Shown: positions 28,022 through 37,489 of the stretch, in pieces
Position numbering within the stretch: position 1 is the first letter of the stretch
Layout: every line of letters begins with the position of its first letter
Source: Gemmatimonadota bacterium
GTDB lineage: Bacteria > Gemmatimonadota > Gemmatimonadetes > Palauibacterales > Palauibacteraceae
Reading direction: 5' to 3'
Length of the DNA: 43,818 nucleotides
Assembly: GCA_046758745.1 (NCBI GenBank)
Contig: JBHIAV010000023.1
Span: forward strand, 1 to 43,818
Program-made: the position numbers and the translations under genes
The notes under the pieces: generated by a model
What the model was told of the DNA's origin: nothing
Databases searched by the model: none
What the model saw: only the letters and a program-made list of their open reading frames with translations

Positions 28022-30015
28022 AGCCGCGTTCCACAGACCGCCGCGAGGCACTGCGCACGCAGCTCGAGCACCTCCCGACGCGCCCCGGGGTGTATCTCTT
28101 CCGAGACGCCGCCGGCCATCTTCTCTACGTCGGAAAGGCGAAGTCGTTGCGGGGCCGTGTGCGGAGTTACTTCGGGACGGAGCCCGACAGGTCGGTGAAG
28201 CTCCGGCAGCTCGCTCGGCAGATCGCCTCCGTCGAGACGATCGTCGTCGACTCCGAGGCCGAGGCCCTCCTCCTCGAATCGAACCTCATCAAGGAGCACG
28301 GCCCGCGCTTCAACATCCAGCTCCGTGACGACAAGAGCTACCCGTACGTCAAGATCACCCTGGGCGAGCCCTTCCCGCGCATCCTGGTGACGAGGCGTCT
28401 GGAGCGGGACGGGTCGCGTTACTTCGGTCCCTTCACCGATGTGGGCGCGATGCGACGGGCTTTGCGCACGATTCGCCGCATGTACACCGTCCGCACCTGT
28501 CACTACGACCTCCCCACCGTGGCACCGGAGCGGCCCTGCCTCGACTACCACATCGGACGGTGCAAGGCCCCGTGTGTCGGCTACCAGAGCGAGTCCGAAT
28601 ACCGCGAGATGATCGGTGAGATCGCGGAGGTGCTGGCCGGGCACACGGCTCCGGTGAAGGCGACCGTGCGGGACCGGATGACGGCGGCCTCCCGGACACT
28701 GGACTTCGAGGCCGCGGCCGAGCTGCGGGATGTGCTCCGGGGGCTCGAGGCGATCGAGCGTCGGCAGACCGCCATCGACTTCCGCGGGGGCGATCGCGAC
28801 GTGCTCGGGGTGAGTCGTGAGGGTGGCGTGGCATGTGGGGTGGTGATGCGGGTGCGGGAAGGTCGGCTGCTCGGAAGCGAGGTGCATCACCTGAGGAACG
28901 TCGAGGGGGAGGAGATGGAGAGGGTCGTCGAGGCGTTCCTCAAGACGTTCTATCTGCGGCGGGAGGATCTTCCACCCGAGCTCCTCGTGCCGACCGATTT
29001 CCCGGATCGATCGCTGCTCGAGGAAGTGCTTGCCGCGCGTCGCGGTGCGAGCTTCTCGATCCGCGTTCCTCGGCGGGGGGGCAAGCGGCGGCTGGCCGAG
29101 CTGGCGGCAGCCAACGCCGCCCACCTTCTGGCCGAGCGGCAGGCCGTGGAGGCGGCGCGTCCGATCGCCGCCGCGCCGGCGGCGGCCCGGGCTCTCGCCT
29201 CCGCCCTGGAGCTGCCGGAGCCTCCCCGGGCGCTCCTATGCTTCGACGTCTCGACCTTGGGCGGCGCCGAGTCCGTGGGCAGTGCCGTATGGCTGGAGGA
29301 CGGTGCCCCCCGCAAGAGCGAGTATCGGCGATTCCGCGTGCGGGGCGCGGTCGACGGCAAGCCCGACGACTACGCGATGATGCAGGAGATCGTCGGGCGC
29401 TACTTCCACCGCCGTGTCGGGGAAGGGAAGCGCCTGCCCGACCTCGTGATCGTGGACGGCGGGAAGGGCCAGCTCGGAGCCGCGCGCCAGGGGATGGCCT
29501 CCGCAGGCATCACGGACCTCCCCGTCGTCGCCCTGGCCAAGCGGGAGGAGGAGCTGTTCCGGCCCGGCGCGGAGGCGCCTCTCCGGCTCGGCCGGCGGGA
29601 TCCGGCGCTCCAGTGGATCCAGCGCACCCGCGACGAGGCGCACCGTTTCGCGCTCGCCTACAACCGTTCCCTCCGGAAGCGTCGCACGCTGCGCTCCGGC
29701 CTGGCAGAGGTGCCGGGTGTCGGCCCGGCGCGCGAAGAGCGCCTGCTGCGCCGCTTCGGCAGCGTGGCGGCGATCCGGGAGGCGAGCCCGGAGGAGATCG
29801 CCGACACCCCCGGGATCGGCCCGGCGACGGCGGCCCACATCCGGGCCCACCTGCGCGGGGAGAGGGGGGCACGCGAGCCGGCGCATCCCGAGCCGAAGAC
29901 GCCGAGGGCTCGGCGAAGGAACACGGACGAGGACCGCGCCGGAACCGAGACGGAGCGAGAGGCGCGGAAAGCCCGGCGCCGCAGGGGCGGAGCGCCAGCC
30001 GAGAAAACCGGGTGA
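28018..30015 (+). CDS. uvrC: Excinuclease ABC subunit C
   Basis: GIY-YIG (PGVYLF...LYVGKAKSL), LRDDKSYPY, Cys cluster, LPDLVIVDGGKGQL, RDEAHRFA, HhH; ATGA overlap with murJ; basic low-complexity tail. Confidence 0.96.
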   Translation: MKPRSTDRREALRTQLEHLPTRPGVYLFRDAAGHLLYVGKAKSLRGRVRSYFGTEPDRSVKLRQLARQIASVETIVVDSEAEALLLESNLIKEHGPRFNIQLRDDKSYPYVKITLGEPFPRILVTRRLERDGSRYFGPFTDVGAMRRALRTIRRMYTVRTCHYDLPTVAPERPCLDYHIGRCKAPCVGYQSESEYREMIGEIAEVLAGHTAPVKATVRDRMTAASRTLDFEAAAELRDVLRGLEAIERRQTAIDFRGGDRDVLGVSREGGVACGVVMRVREGRLLGSEVHHLRNVEGEEMERVVEAFLKTFYLRREDLPPELLVPTDFPDRSLLEEVLAARRGASFSIRVPRRGGKRRLAELAAANAAHLLAERQAVEAARPIAAAPAAARALASALELPEPPRALLCFDVSTLGGAESVGSAVWLEDGAPRKSEYRRFRVRGAVDGKPDDYAMMQEIVGRYFHRRVGEGKRLPDLVIVDGGKGQLGAARQGMASAGITDLPVVALAKREEELFRPGAEAPLRLGRRDPALQWIQRTRDEAHRFALAYNRSLRKRRTLRSGLAEVPGVGPAREERLLRRFGSVAAIREASPEEIADTPGIGPATAAHIRAHLRGERGAREPAHPEPKTPRARRRNTDEDRAGTETEREARKARRRRGGAPAEKTG

Positions 30016-30285
30016 TCGACCCCGGACTGTGCAGGCGCTGCCGGCACGCGCGGCGCATTCACAGCGATCGCGGCTCGAGCTTCCTCCTGTGCGCGAGATC
30101 CCGAACCGACCGCGGATATCCCAAGTACCCACGGCTTCCGGTGCTCGAGTGCCCCGGGTTCGAACCGAGGCCGCCGGCCGCCCCGACGATCGCCGGCGGC
30201 GGCGACGGCGCGGGGCGCGCCGACCGCGGCCTCGCTCCCTCGGGCGAAGACGACGCGCGGGGGACCGACCCGAGCCAGGACGGCG

Positions 30286-30293
<8 letters not shown>
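30012..30293 (+). CDS. Small Cys4 hypothetical protein, 93 aa
   Basis: GTG overlaps the uvrC stop; GLCRRCRHARRIHSDRGSSFLLCARSRTDRGYPKYPRLPVLECPGFE followed by a low-complexity tail; overlaps the thrC start. Confidence 0.75.
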
Positions 30294-31428
<1,135 letters not shown>

Positions 31429-31431
31429 GAC

Positions 31432-32859
31432 ATGACGAGACACGAGCGACCGGCGCAGCGAGCCACACGAGGCGAGACGCCTGTGGATCGCCCGGAGCCG
31501 CGGGCTGAGGAGGAGCCGGGTCACGCCACGCCGCCCCGCCGGGCGGTGATCTTCGATCCGTTCAGCGGCATCAGCGGCGACATGCTGCTCGGCGCGTGGA
31601 TCGACCTCGGCCTCGACCGCCACTGGCTGCTCGACGTGGCGGACCGCGTGGGCGTGCGGATGGCCGAGCTCCGGGTCGAACCCGTCGACCGGGCGGGGGT
31701 GAGGGCCGTGCGCGTCATGGTGGCGCCGGCTGGCGAGGCGAGAGACGCGGAGCCAGCCCACCATCGGCGCCACGCATCCACCGCCCAGGCCGCCGCGCAC
31801 GCCCCCGAGCCGGCGCACGGCGTCCCTTCCGCCACGGGAGGCGAGCATCGCCACGGGTCCGCCTCCGCCGGGGAGAAGGCACGCGCCCACGGCCGTCCGT
31901 ATTCCGACATACGGCACCAGATCGAGGAGAGCTCCCTGGACGAGCGGAGCAAGTCCCTGGCCCTCGACGTGTTCGGCCGGCTCGCCGCCGCCGAGGGACG
32001 CGTGCACGGCGTCCCGCCCGACGCGGTCCACTTCCATGAGGTGGGAGCGGCGGATGCGCTCCTCGACATATGCGGGGGGGCGGACGGTTTCTTCCGCCTC
32101 GGCATCGAGGAGGCGAGCACCCTGCCGGTGGGACTCGGGCAGGGAAGCATCGAGATCCACCACGGGCGGTATCCCGTTCCGGCACCCGCCACCGCCTACC
32201 TGCTCGAAGGGACCGCGGTCCGCCACACGGGGTACCCCGGGGAGCTCGTCACCCCGACGGGTGCTGCGCTGCTCGCTGGTCTGTGCAGGGGTCGTCCGGC
32301 GAGCGGCGACGCGACGGTGGAGCGCGTCGGCTACGGGGCGGGGGCCCGCGACCCGGCAGAGCATCCGAACTGCCTGCGCGTGTGGCTCACGCGCCCGCAT
32401 GACGGCGTTCGATCGGCCGTCCACATCCTCCAGGTCGACGTGGACGACATGAGCCCGGAATACGTCCCGTCGCTCATCGATGCCTGTCTCGAAGCGGGCG
32501 CTCTCGACGCCACGGTGCAGACCGTGTACATGAAGAAGGGACGGCCGGCGTGGCGCCTGGAATGTTTGGTGGAACCGGCGATGCGGGCCTCGGTAGAGGA
32601 TGCGGTGTTCCGCCACAGCTCCACGATCGGCCTGCGGAGCTGGAGTGTGATGCGCCACACGCTGCTGCGCAGCATGGAGGAACGGGCGTGGAGGGGGCAC
32701 AGGATCCGCGTGAAGCGGTCCGGGCCCGAGGGTGGGAGCCCGGACTTGCTCCGTTCGAAGGCAGAGTATGAAGATGTGGTCGCGGCTGCGGCTGCCGAGG
32801 GGATGGAGCCGGCTCGCGTGCTGCGAGAGCTGCGTCGGGCCTGGCCGGACCTGGTGTGA
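31432..32859 (+). CDS. larC: Nickel-insertion protein LarC
   Basis: FDPFSGISGDMLLGA, His-rich insert, VHFHEVGAADA, GELVTPTGAA, VGYGAG, VDDMSPE, MKKGRP, KAEYED. Confidence 0.92.
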   Translation: MTRHERPAQRATRGETPVDRPEPRAEEEPGHATPPRRAVIFDPFSGISGDMLLGAWIDLGLDRHWLLDVADRVGVRMAELRVEPVDRAGVRAVRVMVAPAGEARDAEPAHHRRHASTAQAAAHAPEPAHGVPSATGGEHRHGSASAGEKARAHGRPYSDIRHQIEESSLDERSKSLALDVFGRLAAAEGRVHGVPPDAVHFHEVGAADALLDICGGADGFFRLGIEEASTLPVGLGQGSIEIHHGRYPVPAPATAYLLEGTAVRHTGYPGELVTPTGAALLAGLCRGRPASGDATVERVGYGAGARDPAEHPNCLRVWLTRPHDGVRSAVHILQVDVDDMSPEYVPSLIDACLEAGALDATVQTVYMKKGRPAWRLECLVEPAMRASVEDAVFRHSSTIGLRSWSVMRHTLLRSMEERAWRGHRIRVKRSGPEGGSPDLLRSKAEYEDVVAAAAAEGMEPARVLRELRRAWPDLV

Positions 32860-32898
32860 CGCGGAGACGTGACAACCCGAGCAAGGAAGCGATCCGAC

Positions 32899-34257
32899 AT
32901 GACCGTGAAGTGGCCGAAGGGCGCCCCGGTCGGCGCCGTCCTGTTCGTCGCCCTCGCCCTCCCGAGCCCCCTGCTCGCGCAGGAGGACTGCGTGAGGTCG
33001 GGCAACCAGCATACCCGCGGGGCCGACGTGGAGTTCAGCTGGGCGAACCGGAGGGACGACCCGCAGACGAAGGAGGAACGCTACGCCCGCGCGCTCAAGA
33101 AGCTGCGAACCTCCTTCGAGCTGGAACCGGACGAGCCCCGGGCCTATCTGCTGGCGGGCCGGGCCTACCTCGGTCTCCGCGACTTCGTCGGCGCCGACAC
33201 CATGCTCAACCGTCTCGTGCAAATGGAGCCGAAGTGCGCGGAGCAGGCCGAGCAGATGCGCTTCAACGCCTGGGTCACGCAGTACAATCTCGGCATTGCG
33301 CGGTGGCAGGCCGGGGACCCGGACACGGCTCTGGAGGCCTTCGAGACGGCCAACCTGATATACAGGGATCCTCGCTCCCTGGTGAACGCGGCCTCCCTGT
33401 ACCAGAACGCCGGGAACCTGGACAAGGCGAGGGCGCTGTATCGCTCCGCTCTCGATGTCGGCGGCGAGCCCGACATGGTGCGGGTGGCGAGCATCAACCT
33501 GGCTGAGCTTCTAAAGGCGGACGGAAAGAACGAGGAAGCGCTCGCCATCTACTCCGAGTACTCCGAGAAGAACCCGGACGACGTGCTGGGACGGCTGAAC
33601 TACGCGATCGCCCTCATGGACGTGCAGCGCACGGAGGAGGCGCAGGCGCTCTTCCAGGAGCTCCTCTCGCGGGATGACCTCACGTTCCGCCAGTGGTCGG
33701 AGGTGGGAGTCGGGCTGTATCGGGCGGGAGACTACGCCCAGGCCGTGACGGCCTTCGAGCGAGCGCACGAGATGCAGCCGCTCAACAAGGAGGTGCTCGA
33801 AAACCTCGCGAACACGCGGTATCAGTCGGACCGGTACCAGGACCTGCTGCCGATCGCCGAGCAGCTCGTCGAACGCTACCCGTACGAGTCGGTCAACTAC
33901 GCCCTGCTGGCGAATGCCCACCGGGAGCTGGGGAACGAAGAGAAGGCGCTGGCTGTCCTGCAGCGGCGTGACGCCTTGCCGTTCGAGTTCCTTCGAGTGC
34001 AGCTGGTCGCCCAGCAGAGCGAGAACACCTACACGATCGAGGGGGAGGCGCTCAACCGGACCGCCCCCGCCGAATCGAAGTTCGAGGTGCCCTTCGAGTT
34101 CCTGGGGGAAGGCGGGGAGGTGGTTCTCTCGGACGTGCTGCTCCTCGAGCTGCCCGCGGAGGGCGAGTCGTCCTCCTTCCAGCTCCAGGTGCAGGCGGGG
34201 CAGCCGATCGCCGGCTTCCGCTACCGTCTGGCGCCGGCTACGGCGTCGGGCTCCTGA
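32899..34257 (+). CDS. Exported TPR-repeat protein with C-terminal beta-sandwich-like domain
   Basis: Signal peptide (AVLFVALALPSPLLA|QE), multiple TPR-like helical repeats and a beta-rich C-terminus. Alternative start at 32869. Confidence 0.8.
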   Translation: MTVKWPKGAPVGAVLFVALALPSPLLAQEDCVRSGNQHTRGADVEFSWANRRDDPQTKEERYARALKKLRTSFELEPDEPRAYLLAGRAYLGLRDFVGADTMLNRLVQMEPKCAEQAEQMRFNAWVTQYNLGIARWQAGDPDTALEAFETANLIYRDPRSLVNAASLYQNAGNLDKARALYRSALDVGGEPDMVRVASINLAELLKADGKNEEALAIYSEYSEKNPDDVLGRLNYAIALMDVQRTEEAQALFQELLSRDDLTFRQWSEVGVGLYRAGDYAQAVTAFERAHEMQPLNKEVLENLANTRYQSDRYQDLLPIAEQLVERYPYESVNYALLANAHRELGNEEKALAVLQRRDALPFEFLRVQLVAQQSENTYTIEGEALNRTAPAESKFEVPFEFLGEGGEVVLSDVLLLELPAEGESSSFQLQVQAGQPIAGFRYRLAPATASGS

Positions 34258-34288
34258 AGGCCGGTCGGATCCGGGCGAGGGGCGCCGC

Positions 34289-34759
34289 GTGAGTCCGCGC
34301 TCCCGTCCCGAGCGGGTCGGGGCCACCTGTCCGCGGTGCGGCCGACCGCGCCAGGGTGCTCTGCCGCACTGCACGGCATGCGGATCGCTCTTCCATTCGG
34401 CCCGCTGCGGGCGACATCCGCGGCGGGTCGCCGAGCGGGCGTGCGTCGTGTGCGGCGTCCCGGTGTGCCATGAATGCCGGGCAGGGACGCGGCACGCGGC
34501 GCTGTGCGGTGAGCACGGGGGTGTTCGGCTCATCGAAGGCTGGGCGGAGGTCCTCCGGACATCGGAGGAGTTGGAGGCCGAGTTCACCGCCGGTATATTG
34601 CGAGCGGCGGGAATTGAAGCCCGGGTGCTGTCCCAAAAGGATCACGCCAACGTCGTCACCTTCGGGGGCCTGTCCGTGGTCCGTCTCCTGGTGCCGGCTT
34701 TTCGGCTAGACGCGGCCCGCCGCACCCTCGAGGAAGAGGAGCTGGACCCCACGGCGTGA
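34289..34759 (+). CDS. Zinc-ribbon + B-box-like + DUF2007-like protein, 156 aa
   Basis: CPRC..CTAC, then CGRH..CVVC...CHEC...CGEH, then WAEVLRTSEELEAEFTAGILRAAGIEARV...VRLLVP (DUF2007/PII-like pattern). Confidence 0.75.
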   Translation: MSPRSRPERVGATCPRCGRPRQGALPHCTACGSLFHSARCGRHPRRVAERACVVCGVPVCHECRAGTRHAALCGEHGGVRLIEGWAEVLRTSEELEAEFTAGILRAAGIEARVLSQKDHANVVTFGGLSVVRLLVPAFRLDAARRTLEEEELDPTA

Positions 34760-34886
34760 CGGCGGCTCCCGACGCTCGGGCGGGTGGAGGAGTACGGCCG
34801 GTGACCTGCGTCCCGGCCGTGTCGTTTTCCGGGCCCGGACTTCGCTGTAGGTGACGCGCGGAAGGAACCATGGAAGCTCTGCCGGC

Positions 34887-36164
34887 ATGATTCGGGTCGC
34901 CGAAGTGCGCCGCCGTTCCATCGGCGCCGAGCTTGGTCTCGTTCCCGGCTCGCTCCTCCTCCGGATCAACGGGCAGGAGATCCGGGATGCGCTCGATCTT
35001 CTCTTCCTCTCGGCCGAGGAGCGCCTCGAGCTCGAGGCGCAGAGCCCGGGCGGCGAGAGCTACGTCTACGAGATCGAGAAGGCGTACGACGAGCCGCTGG
35101 GAATCGTCCCGGAGCCGGACAAGGTGCGGCGGTGCACGAACGCGTGCGCCTTCTGCTTCGTGAAGGGCAATCCGAAGACCGGGAAGCTCCGCTCGACCCT
35201 CTACATCAAGGACGATGACTACCGGCTCTCGTTCATGTACGGCCACTACGTGACCCTCACCAATCTTCGCCAGACGGATTGGCAGAGGATCTTCGATCAG
35301 CGCCTTTCGCCGCTGTACGTGAGCGTTCACTCCACGGAGCCCGACGTTCGTCGTGCCATGCTCAAGAACCCCCGCGCGGCGGAGATCAACGAGCACCTCG
35401 ACCGGCTCGCCGAGGGCGGCATCCGCATCCACGCACAGGTGGTGCTGTGCCCCGAGCTGAATGACGGTGACCATCTTGGGCGTACAATCGACGATCTGTA
35501 CGCCCGCGGCGATTCGGTTCCCTCGCTCTCGGTCGTGCCGGTCGGCCTCACCAGCTACAACCAGGACCGAGGAATCCGCCCGCTCACCCGCGCGGAGAGC
35601 CGGCGGGCGCTGGAGCAGGTAGACGCCGCCCGGAGACGGGCGATCTCCGAGCGTGGCCGCGGGTGGTGCTACGCCGCGGACGAGCTCTTTCTGCAGGCGG
35701 GCGGAGAGCTTCCGGGATCGGAGTACTTCGACGACCGCGAGCTGGTGGGGAACGGCGTGGGTGCCATGTCCGAGCTGGCCGGCCGAGTCCGCCGTGACCT
35801 GGGGACACTTCCGCCGCTGCTCGGGAGGCGGATCGTCCTCATCACCGGGACGTCGATGGGGCCCTTTCTGCGCTCTCTTGCCCGAGAGATCGCCGAGGCG
35901 TGCGGCGCGCTCATCGAGACGCTTCCCGTGATCAACACCCTGTATGGCCCCCTCGTCACCACGGCCGGTCTGCTGCCCGGGCGGGACCACCTGCAGGCGC
36001 TCGCGCCGTACCGGGACTTCGACAGGGCCCTGTTCAGCCGCACCGCGCTGAACGACCAGGAGTTCTTTCTCGACGACGTGACGCTGGAACAGCTCCGGGA
36101 TGCCTACCCCTCGCTCGACATATGTCCGTCCGACCACATCACCGACGCGCTGATCACGCGGTAG
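34887..36164 (+). CDS. PDZ + DUF512 radical-SAM-like Fe-S protein
   Basis: N-terminal PDZ-like segment, CTNACAFCFV (CxxxCxxC), LYIKDDDYRLSF..G.YVTLTN, LSPLYVSVH, QVVLCPELNDG, VVPVGLT, YAADE. Confidence 0.9.
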   Translation: MIRVAEVRRRSIGAELGLVPGSLLLRINGQEIRDALDLLFLSAEERLELEAQSPGGESYVYEIEKAYDEPLGIVPEPDKVRRCTNACAFCFVKGNPKTGKLRSTLYIKDDDYRLSFMYGHYVTLTNLRQTDWQRIFDQRLSPLYVSVHSTEPDVRRAMLKNPRAAEINEHLDRLAEGGIRIHAQVVLCPELNDGDHLGRTIDDLYARGDSVPSLSVVPVGLTSYNQDRGIRPLTRAESRRALEQVDAARRRAISERGRGWCYAADELFLQAGGELPGSEYFDDRELVGNGVGAMSELAGRVRRDLGTLPPLLGRRIVLITGTSMGPFLRSLAREIAEACGALIETLPVINTLYGPLVTTAGLLPGRDHLQALAPYRDFDRALFSRTALNDQEFFLDDVTLEQLRDAYPSLDICPSDHITDALITR

Positions 36165-37489
36165 CGCTTCCCACGGTCGCGATCGTCGGGCGGCCGAATG
36201 TCGGCAAGTCGACGCTCTTCAACCGGATCGTGGGTCGCCGCATCGCCATCGTCGCGGAGGAGGCGGGCGTCACGCGCGACCGGAAGTTCGCCACGGCCGA
36301 ATGGGCGGGTCGTTCCTTCCTGCTCGCCGACACGGGCGGCCTGATCGAGGAGCCAGACCGACCGCTCGACAGGGAAGTCCGCCGGCAGGTGCTCGCCGCG
36401 ATCGACCACGCGGACCTGATCCTCTTCGTGGTGGACGGGCCGAGCGGCGTCCACCCGCTCGACGAGCACCTCGCGGAGCTTCTCCGCCGCACCCGGCGGC
36501 CCGTGCTGCTGGCCGTGAACAAGCTGGACGATCCGGCGAGCGCTTCGGAGCACCACGAGTTCCACCGCTTCGGGCTGGGCGATCCGCTTCCGGTTTCCGC
36601 CCTGAGCGGCAAAGGGAGCGGCGATCTCCTCGACCGGCTCGTCGAACTCCTCCCGCAGACCTCGCCGGACGGCGCCGCTCCGGTCTCCCTTCGACTCGCG
36701 GTGATCGGCAAGCCCAACGTGGGCAAGTCGACCTTCGTGAACCGTCTGCTCGGGGAGGACCGGGTCATCGTGAGCGAGGAGCCGGGGACGACCCGCGACT
36801 CGATCGACACCTATCTGGAGTTCGACGGCGAGCGCCTCTGCCTGATCGATACGGCGGGCTTGCGCCGCCGCTCGCGCGTGACGGACGACCTTGAGTTCTA
36901 CGGCCGGCTCCGCGCCGCCGCCGCCATCCGGCGAGCGGACGTGTGTCTCCTCATCACGGACAGCCGTGCCGGCATCACCAACCAGGACTTTCGAATCGGC
37001 GAAGAGGCGTGGCAGGCGGGGTGCGGGCTCGTGTTCGTGGCCAACAAGTGGGATCTCATCGAGGAGCGTGGCCCCCGGGTGGTGGCCGGCTTCGAGCGGG
37101 ATCTCCGTGAGCGAGCCCCGTTCCTTCGCTGGGTCCCGATCGTCACCACGTCGGCACTGTCGGGAAAACGGGTGGGGAAGGTTCTGGAGATCGCGCGGCG
37201 CGTGCAGGCGGAGCGAGAACGCCGCATTCGAACCGCCGAGGTGAACCGGGTGCTCGGTGATCTGATCGCACGCAAGCAGCCGCCTCAGGGGGGGCGGGGA
37301 GATGTGAAGATCCTGTACGGGAGCCAGGTGGCGACGGCGCCGCCTCGCTTCGTCCTGTGGGCCAACAGGCCGGAGGACATCGCCCGGTCCTACCTGCGCT
37401 ACCTGCACAACGGCTTCCGGCAGGCATGGGGCTTTGACGGAACGCCGCTCCGTCTCAAGGTCCGCCGGCGTGACGAGGAGAGAGGATGA
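36122..37489 (+). CDS. der: Ribosome biogenesis GTPase Der (EngA)
   Basis: Two G domains (GRPNVGKS/GVTRD/DTGG/NKLD and GKPNVGKS/GTTRD/DTAG/NKWD) plus a KH-like tail (GFDGTPLRL). Start uncertain: ATG 36122 is the nearest canonical codon. Confidence 0.96.
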   Translation: MSVRPHHRRADHAVALPTVAIVGRPNVGKSTLFNRIVGRRIAIVAEEAGVTRDRKFATAEWAGRSFLLADTGGLIEEPDRPLDREVRRQVLAAIDHADLILFVVDGPSGVHPLDEHLAELLRRTRRPVLLAVNKLDDPASASEHHEFHRFGLGDPLPVSALSGKGSGDLLDRLVELLPQTSPDGAAPVSLRLAVIGKPNVGKSTFVNRLLGEDRVIVSEEPGTTRDSIDTYLEFDGERLCLIDTAGLRRRSRVTDDLEFYGRLRAAAAIRRADVCLLITDSRAGITNQDFRIGEEAWQAGCGLVFVANKWDLIEERGPRVVAGFERDLRERAPFLRWVPIVTTSALSGKRVGKVLEIARRVQAERERRIRTAEVNRVLGDLIARKQPPQGGRGDVKILYGSQVATAPPRFVLWANRPEDIARSYLRYLHNGFRQAWGFDGTPLRLKVRRRDEERG

